Shown one piece after another: positions 1-9,457 of a stretch of 58,589 nucleotides of DNA. The position numbers were made by a program, and so were the translations under genes. Numbering within the stretch: position 1 is the first letter of the stretch; the number at the start of each line of letters is the position of its first letter. The notes beneath the pieces were generated by a model. That model was not told the DNA's origin and made no database searches. It worked only from the letters and a program-made list of their open reading frames with translations. Source of the stretch: Holophagales bacterium UBA5704 (GTDB taxonomy: Bacteria; Acidobacteriota; Thermoanaerobaculia; Multivoradales; UBA5704); the NCBI GenBank assembly GCA_002420005.1, contig DIHE01000067.1, positions 4,229 through 62,817 of the forward strand, given 5' to 3'.

Positions 1-2143
1 CCTCCGGGTGGCGCAGAAGGGCAGCCTCGATCTCGCCGGGCTCGATGCGGAAGCCGCGCACCTTGACCTGGAAGTCGTGCCGCCCGAGGAACGCGAGGGT
101 GCCGTCGGGGTTCCAGCGCACCAGGTCGCCGGTCTTGTAGAGCCTGCCGTCCTCGAACGGGTTGGGCTCGAACGGATTGGGCTCGAACGGATTGGGCTCG
201 AACGGATTGGGAAGGAAGCGATCCGCCGTCAGCGCCGGGCGGTGGAGATAGCCGCGCGCGAGCCCCGGGCCGGAGAGGTAGAGCTCGCCGGCGGCACCCA
301 TCGGCACGGGCGTGAGCGTCGGGTCGAGCACATAGGCGCGGCAGGTCGCGAGGAGCCGGCCGATGGTGACCGGTCCCTCGGCCAGCGGGTGGCTCGCCCG
401 CCAGGTGGAGGTGAAGACGGTGTTCTCGGTCGGGCCGTAGCCGTTGATCAGCTCGACTCCCGGCAGCGCCGCCATCGCCCGCTCCAGGTGGGAGCGCGAC
501 AGGACGTCGCCCCCGACCAGGAGATGGCGCAACCCCGCGAGCCCCGCCAGGCCCTCCTCGACGGCGACGTGGAAGAGCCCGGTGGTCAGAAAGAGATCCG
601 TCACCCGGTGGCGCGCGACCTGCTCGTACAAGTCGTCGAGCGCGAAGCGCCCGGGTGGCGGCAGCGCCACGCAGCCGCCGTTCGCGAGCGGCCACCAGAG
701 CTCCAGCGTCGAGGCGTCGAAGGACAGGAGCGCCACCTGGAGAAAGACGTCCCCGGGGCCGAAGGAGAGGTAATTCGTCTCGCGCACCAGCCGCACCACC
801 GCCTCGTGGGTCACCTCGACGCCGTTGGGCGTCCCGGTCGAGCCCGAGGTGTAGAGGACGTACGCCAGGCTCTCCGGCGCCACGTCGGCCGAAAGCTCCG
901 CCGGCACCGCATCCTCCCCGGCCGCCGGCGCGGGCGTCCCCGCCATCGTCTTCATCAAGGCCCGTGTGTCGCCGTCGGTCGCGCGGTAGACGCCGGCCAG
1001 CCGATCGGCCAGCGCCTTCGCCGGCTCGTCGGGATCGAAGCGGGCGCCGAGCCGCAAGGCGAGCTGCCGGGCCGTCGCCGGATGGACGGCGAGGAGGTCG
1101 ACCGCGAGCTGCGGGACTTTGCCGGGCAGCGACGCCAGCGAGCGGCTGGTGCCGACGACCGCCACCGGTGCCGCATCCTCCAGCAGGAGCTCCAGGCGCT
1201 CCTGCGGGTAGGCGAGGTCGATCGGCAGGTAGACGCCGCCCGTCTTGAGAATGCCCAGGATCGCCGCCACCATCTCCGCCGAGCGCTCCAGATAGAGGGC
1301 CACGCGCGACTCCGGCCCCACCCCCAGCCGCCGCAGCCGGCGGGCGATCCGCCCCGCCTGCCGGTCGAGCGCGGCATAGGTGAGCGCCCCTCCATTCCAG
1401 ACCACCGCCACCGCGTCCGGCCGCGCCGCCGCCTGCTCCTCGAAAAGCTTGTGGAGCGTGCGGCGTGGGAAGGCCGACGCCGTGTCGTTCCACTCGGTGA
1501 GCATCAGATGGCGCTCGGCCTCGCCGAGGAGCGGCAGGCGCGAAAGCGGCAGCTCCGGTGTCGTCACGGCACCGGCCAGGAGGGCCCCGTAGTGCGCGAG
1601 GAGGCGCGCCGCGGTCGTCGCGTCGAAAAGATCGACCGCGTAGTCGAGCGTGAGGAGAAGCTGCTCCCCGTCTCCTCCCTCGACCGTGCGGGCCGAGAAC
1701 GCGAGGTCCACCGCGAGCGCCTGCTCGCCGGAGGGAAGGCGCCCGGCACCCGTCCCGTTGAAAACCACCTGGAACGGCAGGGCTTCGAGCGCCGGATTGG
1801 CCTTCCCGAGCGCCGCAGAGAGGGCGCCCTCCGCCACGACCACCAACTGCCGGAACGACGGATCGCCGGTCCACAGAATGCGCAGCGACAGGAGCCGTTC
1901 TTTCCCCTCCTCGGCCGGCGTGAGGCCGGAGGTCCCGAGGACGAGATCCTCGGAGCCGCTGTAGCGCGACAAGAGGGCGGCGAGGCCGGCGAGGAGGAGC
2001 AGGTCGAGCGAGGCCCCTTCGCGCCCCGCCGCCTGCCGCAGGCTCGCCGTCCGAGCCGCCGTCAAGCGCACCTCGCGGGTCGCGCCGCGCAGGCTCGCGA
2101 CGGCCGGGCGCGGCCGATCCGCCGGCAGCTCGAGGCCGCTCAC
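1..2143 (-). CDS. NRPS, 5' part (C-terminal half of a condensation domain plus adenylation domain); runs off the window edge
   Basis: Manual minus-strand translation from GTG at 2143 (GTGA overlap with TE stop): LELPADRPRP, LAYVLYTSGSTGTPNGV, SFDASTLE, NGYGPTE, GELYLSGPGLARGY, LYKTGDL, QVKVRGFRIEPGEIE. Confidence 0.93.
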   Translation of the reverse strand, partial: MSGLELPADRPRPAVASLRGATREVRLTAARTASLRQAAGREGASLDLLLLAGLAALLSRYSGSEDLVLGTSGLTPAEEGKERLLSLRILWTGDPSFRQLVVVAEGALSAALGKANPALEALPFQVVFNGTGAGRLPSGEQALAVDLAFSARTVEGGDGEQLLLTLDYAVDLFDATTAARLLAHYGALLAGAVTTPELPLSRLPLLGEAERHLMLTEWNDTASAFPRRTLHKLFEEQAAARPDAVAVVWNGGALTYAALDRQAGRIARRLRRLGVGPESRVALYLERSAEMVAAILGILKTGGVYLPIDLAYPQERLELLLEDAAPVAVVGTSRSLASLPGKVPQLAVDLLAVHPATARQLALRLGARFDPDEPAKALADRLAGVYRATDGDTRALMKTMAGTPAPAAGEDAVPAELSADVAPESLAYVLYTSGSTGTPNGVEVTHEAVVRLVRETNYLSFGPGDVFLQVALLSFDASTLELWWPLANGGCVALPPPGRFALDDLYEQVARHRVTDLFLTTGLFHVAVEEGLAGLAGLRHLLVGGDVLSRSHLERAMAALPGVELINGYGPTENTVFTSTWRASHPLAEGPVTIGRLLATCRAYVLDPTLTPVPMGAAGELYLSGPGLARGYLHRPALTADRFLPNPFEPNPFEPNPFEPNPFEDGRLYKTGDLVRWNPDGTLAFLGRHDFQVKVRGFRIEPGEIEAALLRHPE
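152..211. repeat. 4 x 15-bp tandem repeat CTCGAACGG(A/G)TTGGG, encoding (PNPFE)4 in the A domain
   Basis: Copies at 152, 167, 182 and 197. Confidence 0.95.
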
Positions 2144-3141
2144 GAACGGGCCTCCTGCGGCCCGACCGCGGCGAGCGAACGATCGATACAGGAGCGGAGG
2201 CGATCCGCCAGGCCGGCGACCGCGGGGGGCGCCAGCATGGAGTAGTGGTCTGCAGCCATTTCATGAACCTCGACGGGCTCGCCGGCGAGCGACGACCAGC
2301 CGTTCGTGGGCTCCGGGGACGTTTGGGGGCGGAAGAGGGTCAGGTGGACGCCACCGGGCCGGGGCCGGTACACGGCGGCGGCTCGCACGTTGGCGCGGTA
2401 GACGTCGAGGATCGGCCGGACCTGCGCCAGGCGCACCCTGGCCCGGAGCAGGCCGCTCTCGTGCGCCCGGGCGAGGAGCCCGTCGAGGACCGCCGCCTCG
2501 TCCATCCCCTCCGGCTCCCCATCGAGCCAGGAGGCGTCCAGCCCCTGGAGCCCCGCCTGGTCGCGCAGGTAGAGGCGGACGATGTCATCCTCGCGTGCCT
2601 CCGTGGGTAGTGGCACGCTCCCCGGCGCCCAGGCGTCGAGGAGCGCCACCAGCGCCACCGGCCGGCCGCGCTGCTGCATCTGGTGGGCCATCTCGAACGC
2701 CACGACACCGCCGAACGACCAGCCGCCCAGCAGGTAAGGGCCGTGCGGCGCGGCCGCCTCGACCGCGGCGGCGTACCGGGCGGCCATCGCCGGCAGGTCA
2801 TCGACCGCGTGCCCCCCCTCGAGGCCCGCCGCCTGGATGCCGTAGAACGGCTGTTCCCCACCCAGACCGAGGGCGAGATCGCGATAGCAGAGCACCGCGC
2901 CGCCGATGGCATGGACGCAGAAGAACGGCGGCCTCCCGGCGGCCACCGCAACGCCCGCCGGGCGCTCCGGCTGCAGATCGACAAGGAGCGAGGGCTCGCG
3001 CCGGACGCCGGTCGGTGCGCCGCCGGAGCCGGCCTCGCCACGGATGCGCTTGGCCAGGAGCTTCCGCTTGGCGGCCGACAGGGATTCCAGGCCCCGGGCC
3101 GGCTCGGCAGGGGTGAGATCGGTGGTCAGGGGGGATTTCAT
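2140..3141 (-). CDS. Stand-alone NRPS-associated thioesterase
   Basis: PFFCVHAIGG, GWSFGG nucleophile motif, ADHYSML; N-terminal LSAAKRKLLAKRI docking-like helix. Confidence 0.9.
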   Translation of the reverse strand: MKSPLTTDLTPAEPARGLESLSAAKRKLLAKRIRGEAGSGGAPTGVRREPSLLVDLQPERPAGVAVAAGRPPFFCVHAIGGAVLCYRDLALGLGGEQPFYGIQAAGLEGGHAVDDLPAMAARYAAAVEAAAPHGPYLLGGWSFGGVVAFEMAHQMQQRGRPVALVALLDAWAPGSVPLPTEAREDDIVRLYLRDQAGLQGLDASWLDGEPEGMDEAAVLDGLLARAHESGLLRARVRLAQVRPILDVYRANVRAAAVYRPRPGGVHLTLFRPQTSPEPTNGWSSLAGEPVEVHEMAADHYSMLAPPAVAGLADRLRSCIDRSLAAVGPQEARS

Positions 3142-3301
3142 CTCGCTTCTAAAACCTTTAAACCGTGCGCGAAGAGCACCAAGTCTCGCGGAAGGTCAGT
3201 ATGACAGAAGTGTGGCGGAAGGCTTCCGCGGGGACAGCTCCTTTGGGCCGGATGGTTGTGCCATCATCACCCGATGAAACAGCGGTTTGAGAGGAGGCGC
3301 C

Positions 3302-4258
3302 ATGACGACGGCGCTGCGGACATCTGAGCTGGGCGCCACCGGTCTCCAGATCACCCGCGTCGGCTTCGGCGCCTGGGCGATCGGAGGCGGTGGCTACGAC
3401 GGGGGCTGGGGACCGCAGGACGACGAGGACTCGATCGCGGCGATCCACCGCGCGCTGGCTCTCGGGGTGAACTGGATCGACACCGCGGCGCACTATGGCT
3501 TCGGGCACTCGGAACGGATCATCGGCCGCGCCCTGGCCGGTGTCGCGCCGCGCCCCTACGTCTTCACCAAAGGCGGGCTGCCCGAGGGACCGGGGAGGAC
3601 CAAGACCCGCTGCCTCAAGCGCGACTCGCTGCTGCGCGAGGTGGAGGGCAGCCGCGAGCGCCTCGGCGTCGAAGCCATCGACCTTTACCAGATCCACTGG
3701 CCGACCCCCGAGGAGGAGATCGAGGAGGGCTGGTCGACGCTCGCCGAGCTGAAGGAGCGCGGGGTGGTGCGCCACATCGGCGTCTCGAACTTCAACGCCC
3801 GGCAACTGCGGCGCGCGCAGGCCATCGCGCCGGTGGAGACCCTGCAGCCGCCGTACTCGCTGATCGACCGCCGGATCGAAGTGGAGCTCCTCCCCATCGC
3901 AGAGCGGGAAGGCATCGGGATGATCGTCTACTCGCCGATGGCCTCCGGCCTGCTCTCCGGCGCGATGACACGGGAAAGGATCGAGGCGCTGCCCGCGGAC
4001 GACTGGCGCCGGCGCAGCGAAGAGTTTTGCGAGCCCCAGCTCACCCGGCACCTCGACCTGGTGGACCGGCTGCGGCAGGGCGCCGCCCGCCACAACACCA
4101 CGCCGGGGGCGGTCGCCGTGGCCTGGACCCTCCGCAACCCGGCCGTGCACGGCGCCATCGCCGGCTTCCGGCGCCCCGACCAGGTCGATCCGATCGTGGC
4201 GGCGGCGAACCTCACGCTGGACAAGGCCGACATCGCCACGATCCTGCGGAGGAAGTGA
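3302..4258 (+). CDS. Aldo/keto reductase
   Basis: GFGAWAIGG, WIDTAAHYG, IDLYQIHWP, IGVSNF, QPPYSL, YSPMASGLL; GAGGAGG RBS. Confidence 0.95.
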   Translation: MTTALRTSELGATGLQITRVGFGAWAIGGGGYDGGWGPQDDEDSIAAIHRALALGVNWIDTAAHYGFGHSERIIGRALAGVAPRPYVFTKGGLPEGPGRTKTRCLKRDSLLREVEGSRERLGVEAIDLYQIHWPTPEEEIEEGWSTLAELKERGVVRHIGVSNFNARQLRRAQAIAPVETLQPPYSLIDRRIEVELLPIAEREGIGMIVYSPMASGLLSGAMTRERIEALPADDWRRRSEEFCEPQLTRHLDLVDRLRQGAARHNTTPGAVAVAWTLRNPAVHGAIAGFRRPDQVDPIVAAANLTLDKADIATILRRK

Positions 4259-4358
4259 GACCGGTGGGGGCTGTTTCGGTCTTACACCTCTCGCCGCGGA
4301 TTGCGGGCGCGCCGGGCTGCCGTGGCATAGGGCTCCCGCTTTGTCACACCGAGTCTTT

Positions 4359-4452
4359 CGGCCCAACGGGCCGGGAGAATGGAGCCCAGGGCTTCGGCCG
4401 CAGGCCGACGCCCTGGGTCAACAGTCCCCCAAATCAACCAGCGGCCTGAAGG
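4359..4452. repeat. Left half of a REP/BIME-like palindromic element interrupted by the ICE
   Basis: Hairpins CGGCCCAACGGGCCG (4359) and CCCAGGGCTTCGGCCGCAGGCCGACGCCCTGGG (4385-4417), then GCGGCCTGAAGG; inverted counterparts at 55845-55915. Confidence 0.75.
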
Positions 4453-4570
4453 ACAGGGGAGCTGCCTTTGTCCTCTCTGGGCGCTGCGGGGCCTAACCCT
4501 CCGAATTATCAATGGCTTGGCTACTCGTCGCCAGGGCGCCCTGAGAACACCGGGGACGTTCCTGGGACAA
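4446..4570. other. attL (core CTGAAGG) with putative arm-type sites (GGGGACGTTCCTGGGACAA)
   Basis: Core repeated at the right end; GGGAC repeats resemble GGGACATATTGGGGACTA near 55640. Confidence 0.65.
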
Positions 4571-4764
4571 TCGTAGCGCTGCCGCAATCCTACGGCTATC
4601 GCGTGAGACTGTAAACCCCCCGACCAGGGGAAAGCGGCGATTGTGGCAGACTTCTGGGGGAGGTTTGCGATAGCCGGCGCTGCCGCCGGCTCAGTGAAGG
4701 AACGGCAGAGGGAGAGGATGAGCCGCGTGACCGTGCTACTGAAGAAGCCTTTCGCAGTTGCAGC

Positions 4765-5220
4765 TCAACGCTGACGACTACCGCGAGTCGTCTTCTGTCC
4801 TGTTAGCCGCTGCCGGCCTCTCTCGCGCCAGTCCCAGACATAGCGGATCGGATACGAGATGCCTGACTCGCAACGGTACTCAGGCCCGGTTCCATCGGTG
4901 CGCCAGCGCCGCACCGTTCTGAGGGAGACATCTTCGATATATGCCAGCTCGTCCTCGTTGAGATCTCTCAAGTCGACCTCGTTCGCGAACTTCAGGATCT
5001 CTGTCAAGGAAGGGGATAGGGCGAGAAGGGCTGTGATCCTGCCGATGTCCGAGCGGACTCCCGAGGGTAAGGGCGTTGTTGGCGTTGGAGTGGCAGCGGC
5101 AGCGGCCAGCTCAAGGTTGCGGCGGAGCTGCTCGGTGAGAGCTGGCACTTCCAGGAGGGCGGTGAAGGCCAGGGTGATCGAGTCGGTGGGCATCGTCACC
5201 TTCTCCGGCAATGGGCTCAT
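4765..5220 (-). CDS. HTH DNA-binding protein, excisionase/RDF-like
   Basis: LNEDELAYIEDVSLRTVRRWRTDGTGPEY...IRY; lies next to attL; alternative start at 5193. Confidence 0.7.
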   Translation of the reverse strand: MSPLPEKVTMPTDSITLAFTALLEVPALTEQLRRNLELAAAAATPTPTTPLPSGVRSDIGRITALLALSPSLTEILKFANEVDLRDLNEDELAYIEDVSLRTVRRWRTDGTGPEYRCESGISYPIRYVWDWRERGRQRLTGQKTTRGSRQR

Positions 5221-5453
5221 GCGGAGCCTCCCCCGCGCCTCACCTGCCGGGCGACGCGAGCCACCCGCCGCGCGCCGCCCCGTGACGGCTCGGCCCCCCG
5301 GGGAAAGCAATCCTTTCGTGCCACCTGCTGCCGTTCCCACTGTTCGCCTGCCATCATCGCCTCTCCTCAGACTCTCCCGTGCTCTCGGACCTTTGAGACC
5401 TGCGCCCTCCTACCTGAATCCTGTCCGGACCGGAGAGGAGGCCTACCACGAGT

Positions 5454-5471
5454 CTAATACAAGTGTATTAG
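5454..5471. promoter_or_regulatory. Palindromic operator CTAATACA-AG-TGTATTAG (BlaI/MecI/CopY-type box)
   Basis: Perfect 8-bp inverted repeat; same motif at 52719-52736. Confidence 0.7.
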
Positions 5472-5535
5472 TTCCGTTGCCCGCCTGCAACCGGAGTCCC
5501 TTGTGCCCCGGTTCGCCTGCTCGCGGGACTCGCCG

Positions 5536-5892
5536 TTTTCCACAGGGGAGCCGCCTACTACTAGTCTGTAGCTACCTGAGTACTACGAGCCTAATACATG
5601 CGGAGCCAGAAGTCATGACAGGTCAATGGCTTGCAAAGGAATGCGTTAGCGTTCCTTCGGTCCACCGTTAGCGTTCCTTCGGTCGGGCGTTAGCGTTCCT
5701 TCCCGAAAACCCGGGTTTTGCCGTTAGCGTTCCTTCCCTAAAAGTGGGTGGATTCCACAGGGGTACCGTCGAGGAGACGGCCCTCGGTTTTCCACAGGAG
5801 CCCCCTTCCCGGGGGCCGGGCCTACCACTCGAGGGCGGCATCCCGAGCGCTCGTTGTCCTGAAGTCACGTATTAGGTCGATTCTGTGGAAAA
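5536..5892. other. Putative iteron oriV: 4 x CGTTAGCGTTCCTTC plus 3 DnaA-box-like TTTTCCACA
   Basis: Iterons at 5644, 5666, 5688 and 5722 (22/22/34 bp spacing); TTTTCCACA at 5536 and 5788, reverse complement at 5884. Confidence 0.8.
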
Positions 5893-5901
5893 ATCCACGG
5901 A

Positions 5902-6237
5902 ATGTCGGCCATGGATCGCGCGCCGCTTCCGTCCCCCAGCGAATGGCAGGTCTTCGCCTGCCTCAGTCGCCGCGGGCCGTGTCGGTTCGAGGTGCTGGAA
6001 CGCCACCTTCCCCGGCTGCAGCGCTTCACCATCGAGACGCTTCTCCTGCGCCTTGCCGAGAAGGGGTATGCCTCGAAGCGTGACGACTCCGGCCGGTTCC
6101 ACGCGCTGGTCCCCTTCGAGGAGGCTCTCCAGGCGCAGATCGACCGGTTCCTGGAGACGTTCGTCGGCGGCGATCGCGAGGCCTGTGCCCAGGTCATCCG
6201 GCAGGCGGAGGAGCACTGGAAAGACCTCGTGCCCTGA
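5902..6237 (+). CDS. BlaI/MecI/CopY-family repressor (paralogue 1)
   Basis: SPSEWQVF...TIETLLLRLAEKGY...FHALVPFEE...IDRFLETFVGGD. Confidence 0.75.
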   Translation: MSAMDRAPLPSPSEWQVFACLSRRGPCRFEVLERHLPRLQRFTIETLLLRLAEKGYASKRDDSGRFHALVPFEEALQAQIDRFLETFVGGDREACAQVIRQAEEHWKDLVP

Positions 6238-6268
6238 CGGAACCGTCTGGCGTCTGGGATCGCGGCAT

Positions 6269-6282
6269 GCTACAAAAGTAGC
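6269..6282. promoter_or_regulatory. Palindrome GCTACAAAAGTAGC, BlaI-like box upstream of oriT/mobC
   Basis: One mismatch to TACA-NN-TGTA; flanked by CGGCAT/ATGCCG. Confidence 0.5.
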
Positions 6283-6424
6283 CGATGCCGCGTTCAATGC
6301 CTGTCCCTCCGCTCCTGCTTTTCGAGACCACGCGCCGGCTTGCCGGCGCTTCCGTTTCCCCCGTGCCACCACACCGCCCCGCGGGTGCCACCGAATGCGA
6401 AGCGACCTCTGCCGCTGCGGTTGC

Positions 6425-6460
6425 GGCGGAGCAAGATATGTTTCCGGGCGCCCGGAAACC
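6425..6460 (-). other. Putative oriT (MOBP-type nic site)
   Basis: Minus strand reads inverted repeat GTTTCCGGGCGCCCGGAAAC then ATATCTTG^C, similar to RP4 TATCCTG^C; directly upstream of mobC. Confidence 0.65.
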
Positions 6461-6500
6461 CGGGCGCCGAAACGGGCGCACTCACTGAGGTTCGCGCTGG

Positions 6501-6842
6501 ATGGGACGCCCACCGAAGGACCCCACCCTCGTCCGGAGCCTACGGGTCCATGTGAGATTTTCCGCCGCCGAGGAGAAGCTTCTCTTGGAGCTTGCCGCCC
6601 AGCTCCATCTGCCGCTGCGCACCTACGTGCGGCGCGCTGCTCTCGGCGCCAGGATTCCGCCCCCGGTCCCCGAGGTCAATGCCGCTCTCGCCCGCGAGCT
6701 CTCCCGGGTGGGTGGCAACCTCAACCAGTTCCTCCATGCGGTCCATGCGGGCAAGACGCCCGAGCCCCCGGCGGTCGATCTCCTCCAGCTTCAACTCCTG
6801 CTCGCCCAGGTGCGCCGGCAGCTCCGGGGGGAAGCGCCGTGA
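6501..6842 (+). CDS. mobC: Relaxosome accessory protein MobC
   Basis: RHH-like N-terminus; ELSRVGGNLNQ motif; stop overlaps the relaxase start. Confidence 0.9.
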   Translation: MGRPPKDPTLVRSLRVHVRFSAAEEKLLLELAAQLHLPLRTYVRRAALGARIPPPVPEVNAALARELSRVGGNLNQFLHAVHAGKTPEPPAVDLLQLQLLLAQVRRQLRGEAP

Positions 6843-9454
6843 TCCACAAGATCATCAAGGGTGCCTACTTCAAAGGTGCCCTCCAGTACGTCCTCGATCC
6901 TGCCAAGGGAATGCTGATCGGCGGCACCTTCGGCTCGCACCAGAGCGCCGGCCAGATCGCCCAGGAGATGAGGGAGGTGGCCGGCGACCGGCTCCAGAAG
7001 CCGGTGTTCCATGCCGTGCTCAGTCTGCGCCCGGGCGAGGCGCTCTCCGTGGACCAGTGGAACGACGCAGCCCGCCGCTACCTCGCGGCACTCGGCTTCA
7101 ACGACACCCCGTACGTCCTCGTCCGGCACAACAACCGCGAGCACGACCACGTTCACATCGTCGCCTCCCGGGTCCGCTACGACGGCTCCGTCGTCTCGGA
7201 TCGCCAGGACCGGTTCAAGGGGCTCGCCGCGGTGCGCGAGCTCTCCCGCGAGTACGGCCTGGCGATGGGGCCACGTCGCGGCGCCGCCGTGTTGCCGGAG
7301 GAGCTGCGAACCTTGATCCGGCGGGCGGCCGGCGGTCAGCCGACCTTCGCGACCTTTCTCGCGCGCCTGGAGGCGTCGGGAGTGCGGGTCACGACCTACC
7401 TCTCTGCGCGTTCTCAGAAGGTCCAGGGCTTGGCCTTTCACCTCGACGGTGCGACGTTCAAGGGCAGTCAGCTCGGCCGGGAGCTCACCTGGAACGGCTT
7501 GCAGAAGTCACTCGGCGTTCGCTACGAGCCCGCAACCGACTTGCCCGCTCTCCTCGCTCGCTCCTCCCGGCAGCCGGATCGCGCCGATCATTCGGCCTGG
7601 TCGCCCGCGACGCTCGGCGACCTGTCCAACCGGCTCCGCACCCTGCGGACAGGGACCAGAGCCGGCGAGGTCGCCTCCCGCGACCTCCTGCGGAAGGGCT
7701 CAGAGGCCTTTCGGGTCACGGCGCACGTCGCCCGCTTCCTCGAAGGCACCCACCGACTCGCCGATGCGTCCCGCCAGATCGCACGAGCCCTTGCGCCGGG
7801 GGAGCACCTGTCGCTGGCGCTCTCCTTTCTCGGCGCCGTTCGCTCTCCGGGGACCGCGGCCTTGTTCCTTCTGCGCCTCTCCGCGCGATCCATCAAGGGT
7901 GCCCGATCCGCCGCGCCCGCCGCAGCGGACCCGGCGCTTCTCTTCCTGCGCCAGGTCGTCCAGGCCGCCGCCGGGGATCGCCCGGTCTTCGCGGTCTTTC
8001 GCGACCGGCTCGCCGAGGCCGGCGTCCATCTGGGACCCGGTTCGTTCGTCCTGCCCGATCGCATCGTCCCGGCGCGCGCGATCGGTCTGGACGCCCGACA
8101 ACTGGAACGACTTGGAGTCCAAAATGCAGCAGACCGATTTGGAGACCCTGATCGCCCGGTTCGTGGCGGCGATCGAGATCGCCGAGGCCACCGCGGAGAC
8201 CCTTCAGGCGGCGGCAGCCCCGTTGAGCCGGGTCTCCGCCCGGATGGAGGTGCTCGAACCGCCCCTGACTCAGCACCAGGCGCAGCTCGACGAGCTGGCG
8301 AGGCGCTTGCCGGCTCTGACCGCGGAGCTCACTTCGGCAGCGGCCCACCTGCGCCGCAGCCTCAAGCCCCCGGTCGCCCGGATCTGGGCCACCGCGGCGG
8401 CGCTCGTTCTGAGTACCTGCCTCCTGCTGGTGGGTACCCTCACAGCTCTGCGACCCGCCTGGTGCCTGACGGAGCCGCTCCAGGACCAGCTCCGGATCGG
8501 ACGGCTGCTCGCTCAGCGCATCCCTCAGCTCCCGGCGGATCGCCAGCGGGACCTTTCGTCCCTTCTCCAGGATCTCCCCTCCCCCGCGAGCTCGCCCTCC
8601 AGCTCCAAGCCCTCGGGGAAGAAGGCGTCGAGCTCCGCGCCCGGTCGACCCACCGGACGGTGACACGCCGCATGGAGGACTCGCACGCTCTCGATCGATG
8701 GCTCCCGGCCTTGATCGAGGAGGCTCGCCGCGGCGCCACCCTCGAAATCCGGGCGCTCGATCCGCGGGTCCAGCACCTCCCCGGCGTGACCGCCGAGGTG
8801 CTCGAGCGCGCCCGCCAGCAAGGCGCCGAGCCGGCCCTCGTCGTGCAGCGTGGCGACGGTGCCTTCGATGTCTGGCTCCGCCATAGCCCGACCGCCTCCC
8901 CGCAGACGCTCCCGTACCTGTCTCGCGCGCTCCGCGCGGAGTACGGCCAGACGCCGCTCGGCGCCGCCCGGCCCTTCGGCCCCCTCGCCGGCCTCGATCC
9001 CGCCGTGCGTCTGATCGAGGCTCCCGGCGCCCCCTACGCTCGCGCCCAGGCCCTCGCCGATTACTTCGCCGTCTCCCGCCGCTCGCTCGACGAGCAGCTT
9101 GCGGCGCGGCTTCGCTCGGCCGGGGTCTCGCCCCTCGCTCAGTACCGCGCGGCGAACCCCGGCCCGGCGGCGGATCGGGAGTGGTCTCGCTTCGCACTGC
9201 GCCAGGGGCTCCAACCGCGCGACGTAGCCCAGGAGCTCCTGCGCAGCGGCGCCCGCTCCCAGGCCGGCCCGCGCGCCCAGGCCCTTCATGCCAGCCGGGT
9301 CCTTGCCTCGACTCTCCCCGGTACCAGTGCCCGCGACGTGCCCAAGGTGCTCTTGAGCACGGCTTCCCAGGTGCTCGGCGTCTCGCTGAACGCTCTGTCC
9401 ATGGTCCGGACGGTGCTCACCCAGGCCGTCCACCGGACCCTCGGGCGGATCTGA
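6839..9454 (+). CDS. MOBP-type relaxase with C-terminal RepB'-like primase region
   Basis: GTG start; GAYFKGALQYV, VFHAVLSL, HDHVHIVASR, FKGSQLGR; C-terminal EPALVVQRGDGAFDVWL. Confidence 0.88.
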   Translation: MIHKIIKGAYFKGALQYVLDPAKGMLIGGTFGSHQSAGQIAQEMREVAGDRLQKPVFHAVLSLRPGEALSVDQWNDAARRYLAALGFNDTPYVLVRHNNREHDHVHIVASRVRYDGSVVSDRQDRFKGLAAVRELSREYGLAMGPRRGAAVLPEELRTLIRRAAGGQPTFATFLARLEASGVRVTTYLSARSQKVQGLAFHLDGATFKGSQLGRELTWNGLQKSLGVRYEPATDLPALLARSSRQPDRADHSAWSPATLGDLSNRLRTLRTGTRAGEVASRDLLRKGSEAFRVTAHVARFLEGTHRLADASRQIARALAPGEHLSLALSFLGAVRSPGTAALFLLRLSARSIKGARSAAPAAADPALLFLRQVVQAAAGDRPVFAVFRDRLAEAGVHLGPGSFVLPDRIVPARAIGLDARQLERLGVQNAADRFGDPDRPVRGGDRDRRGHRGDPSGGGSPVEPGLRPDGGARTAPDSAPGAARRAGEALAGSDRGAHFGSGPPAPQPQAPGRPDLGHRGGARSEYLPPAGGYPHSSATRLVPDGAAPGPAPDRTAARSAHPSAPGGSPAGPFVPSPGSPLPRELALQLQALGEEGVELRARSTHRTVTRRMEDSHALDRWLPALIEEARRGATLEIRALDPRVQHLPGVTAEVLERARQQGAEPALVVQRGDGAFDVWLRHSPTASPQTLPYLSRALRAEYGQTPLGAARPFGPLAGLDPAVRLIEAPGAPYARAQALADYFAVSRRSLDEQLAARLRSAGVSPLAQYRAANPGPAADREWSRFALRQGLQPRDVAQELLRSGARSQAGPRAQALHASRVLASTLPGTSARDVPKVLLSTASQVLGVSLNALSMVRTVLTQAVHRTLGRI
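8124..8663 (+). CDS. Overprinted MobB-like membrane-anchored protein inside the relaxase gene
   Basis: GGAG RBS plus ATG in an alternative frame; coiled coil followed by TM helix IWATAAALVLSTCLLLVGTL; the relaxase frame is low-complexity here. Confidence 0.7.
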   Translation: MQQTDLETLIARFVAAIEIAEATAETLQAAAAPLSRVSARMEVLEPPLTQHQAQLDELARRLPALTAELTSAAAHLRRSLKPPVARIWATAAALVLSTCLLLVGTLTALRPAWCLTEPLQDQLRIGRLLAQRIPQLPADRQRDLSSLLQDLPSPASSPSSSKPSGKKASSSAPGRPTGR

Positions 9455-9457
9455 CCG

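Noticed and set aside
8-2245. 745-aa plus-strand ORF
   Set aside because: Antisense shadow of the NRPS; all recognisable motifs are on the minus strand
5644-5736. Possible CRISPR array
   Set aside because: 15-bp repeats with 7-19 bp gaps and no cas genes; fits iterons
5885-6838. N-terminal extension of the 1189-aa relaxase ORF
   Set aside because: Overlaps the BlaI-like gene, oriT and mobC; the real start is most likely GTG at 6839
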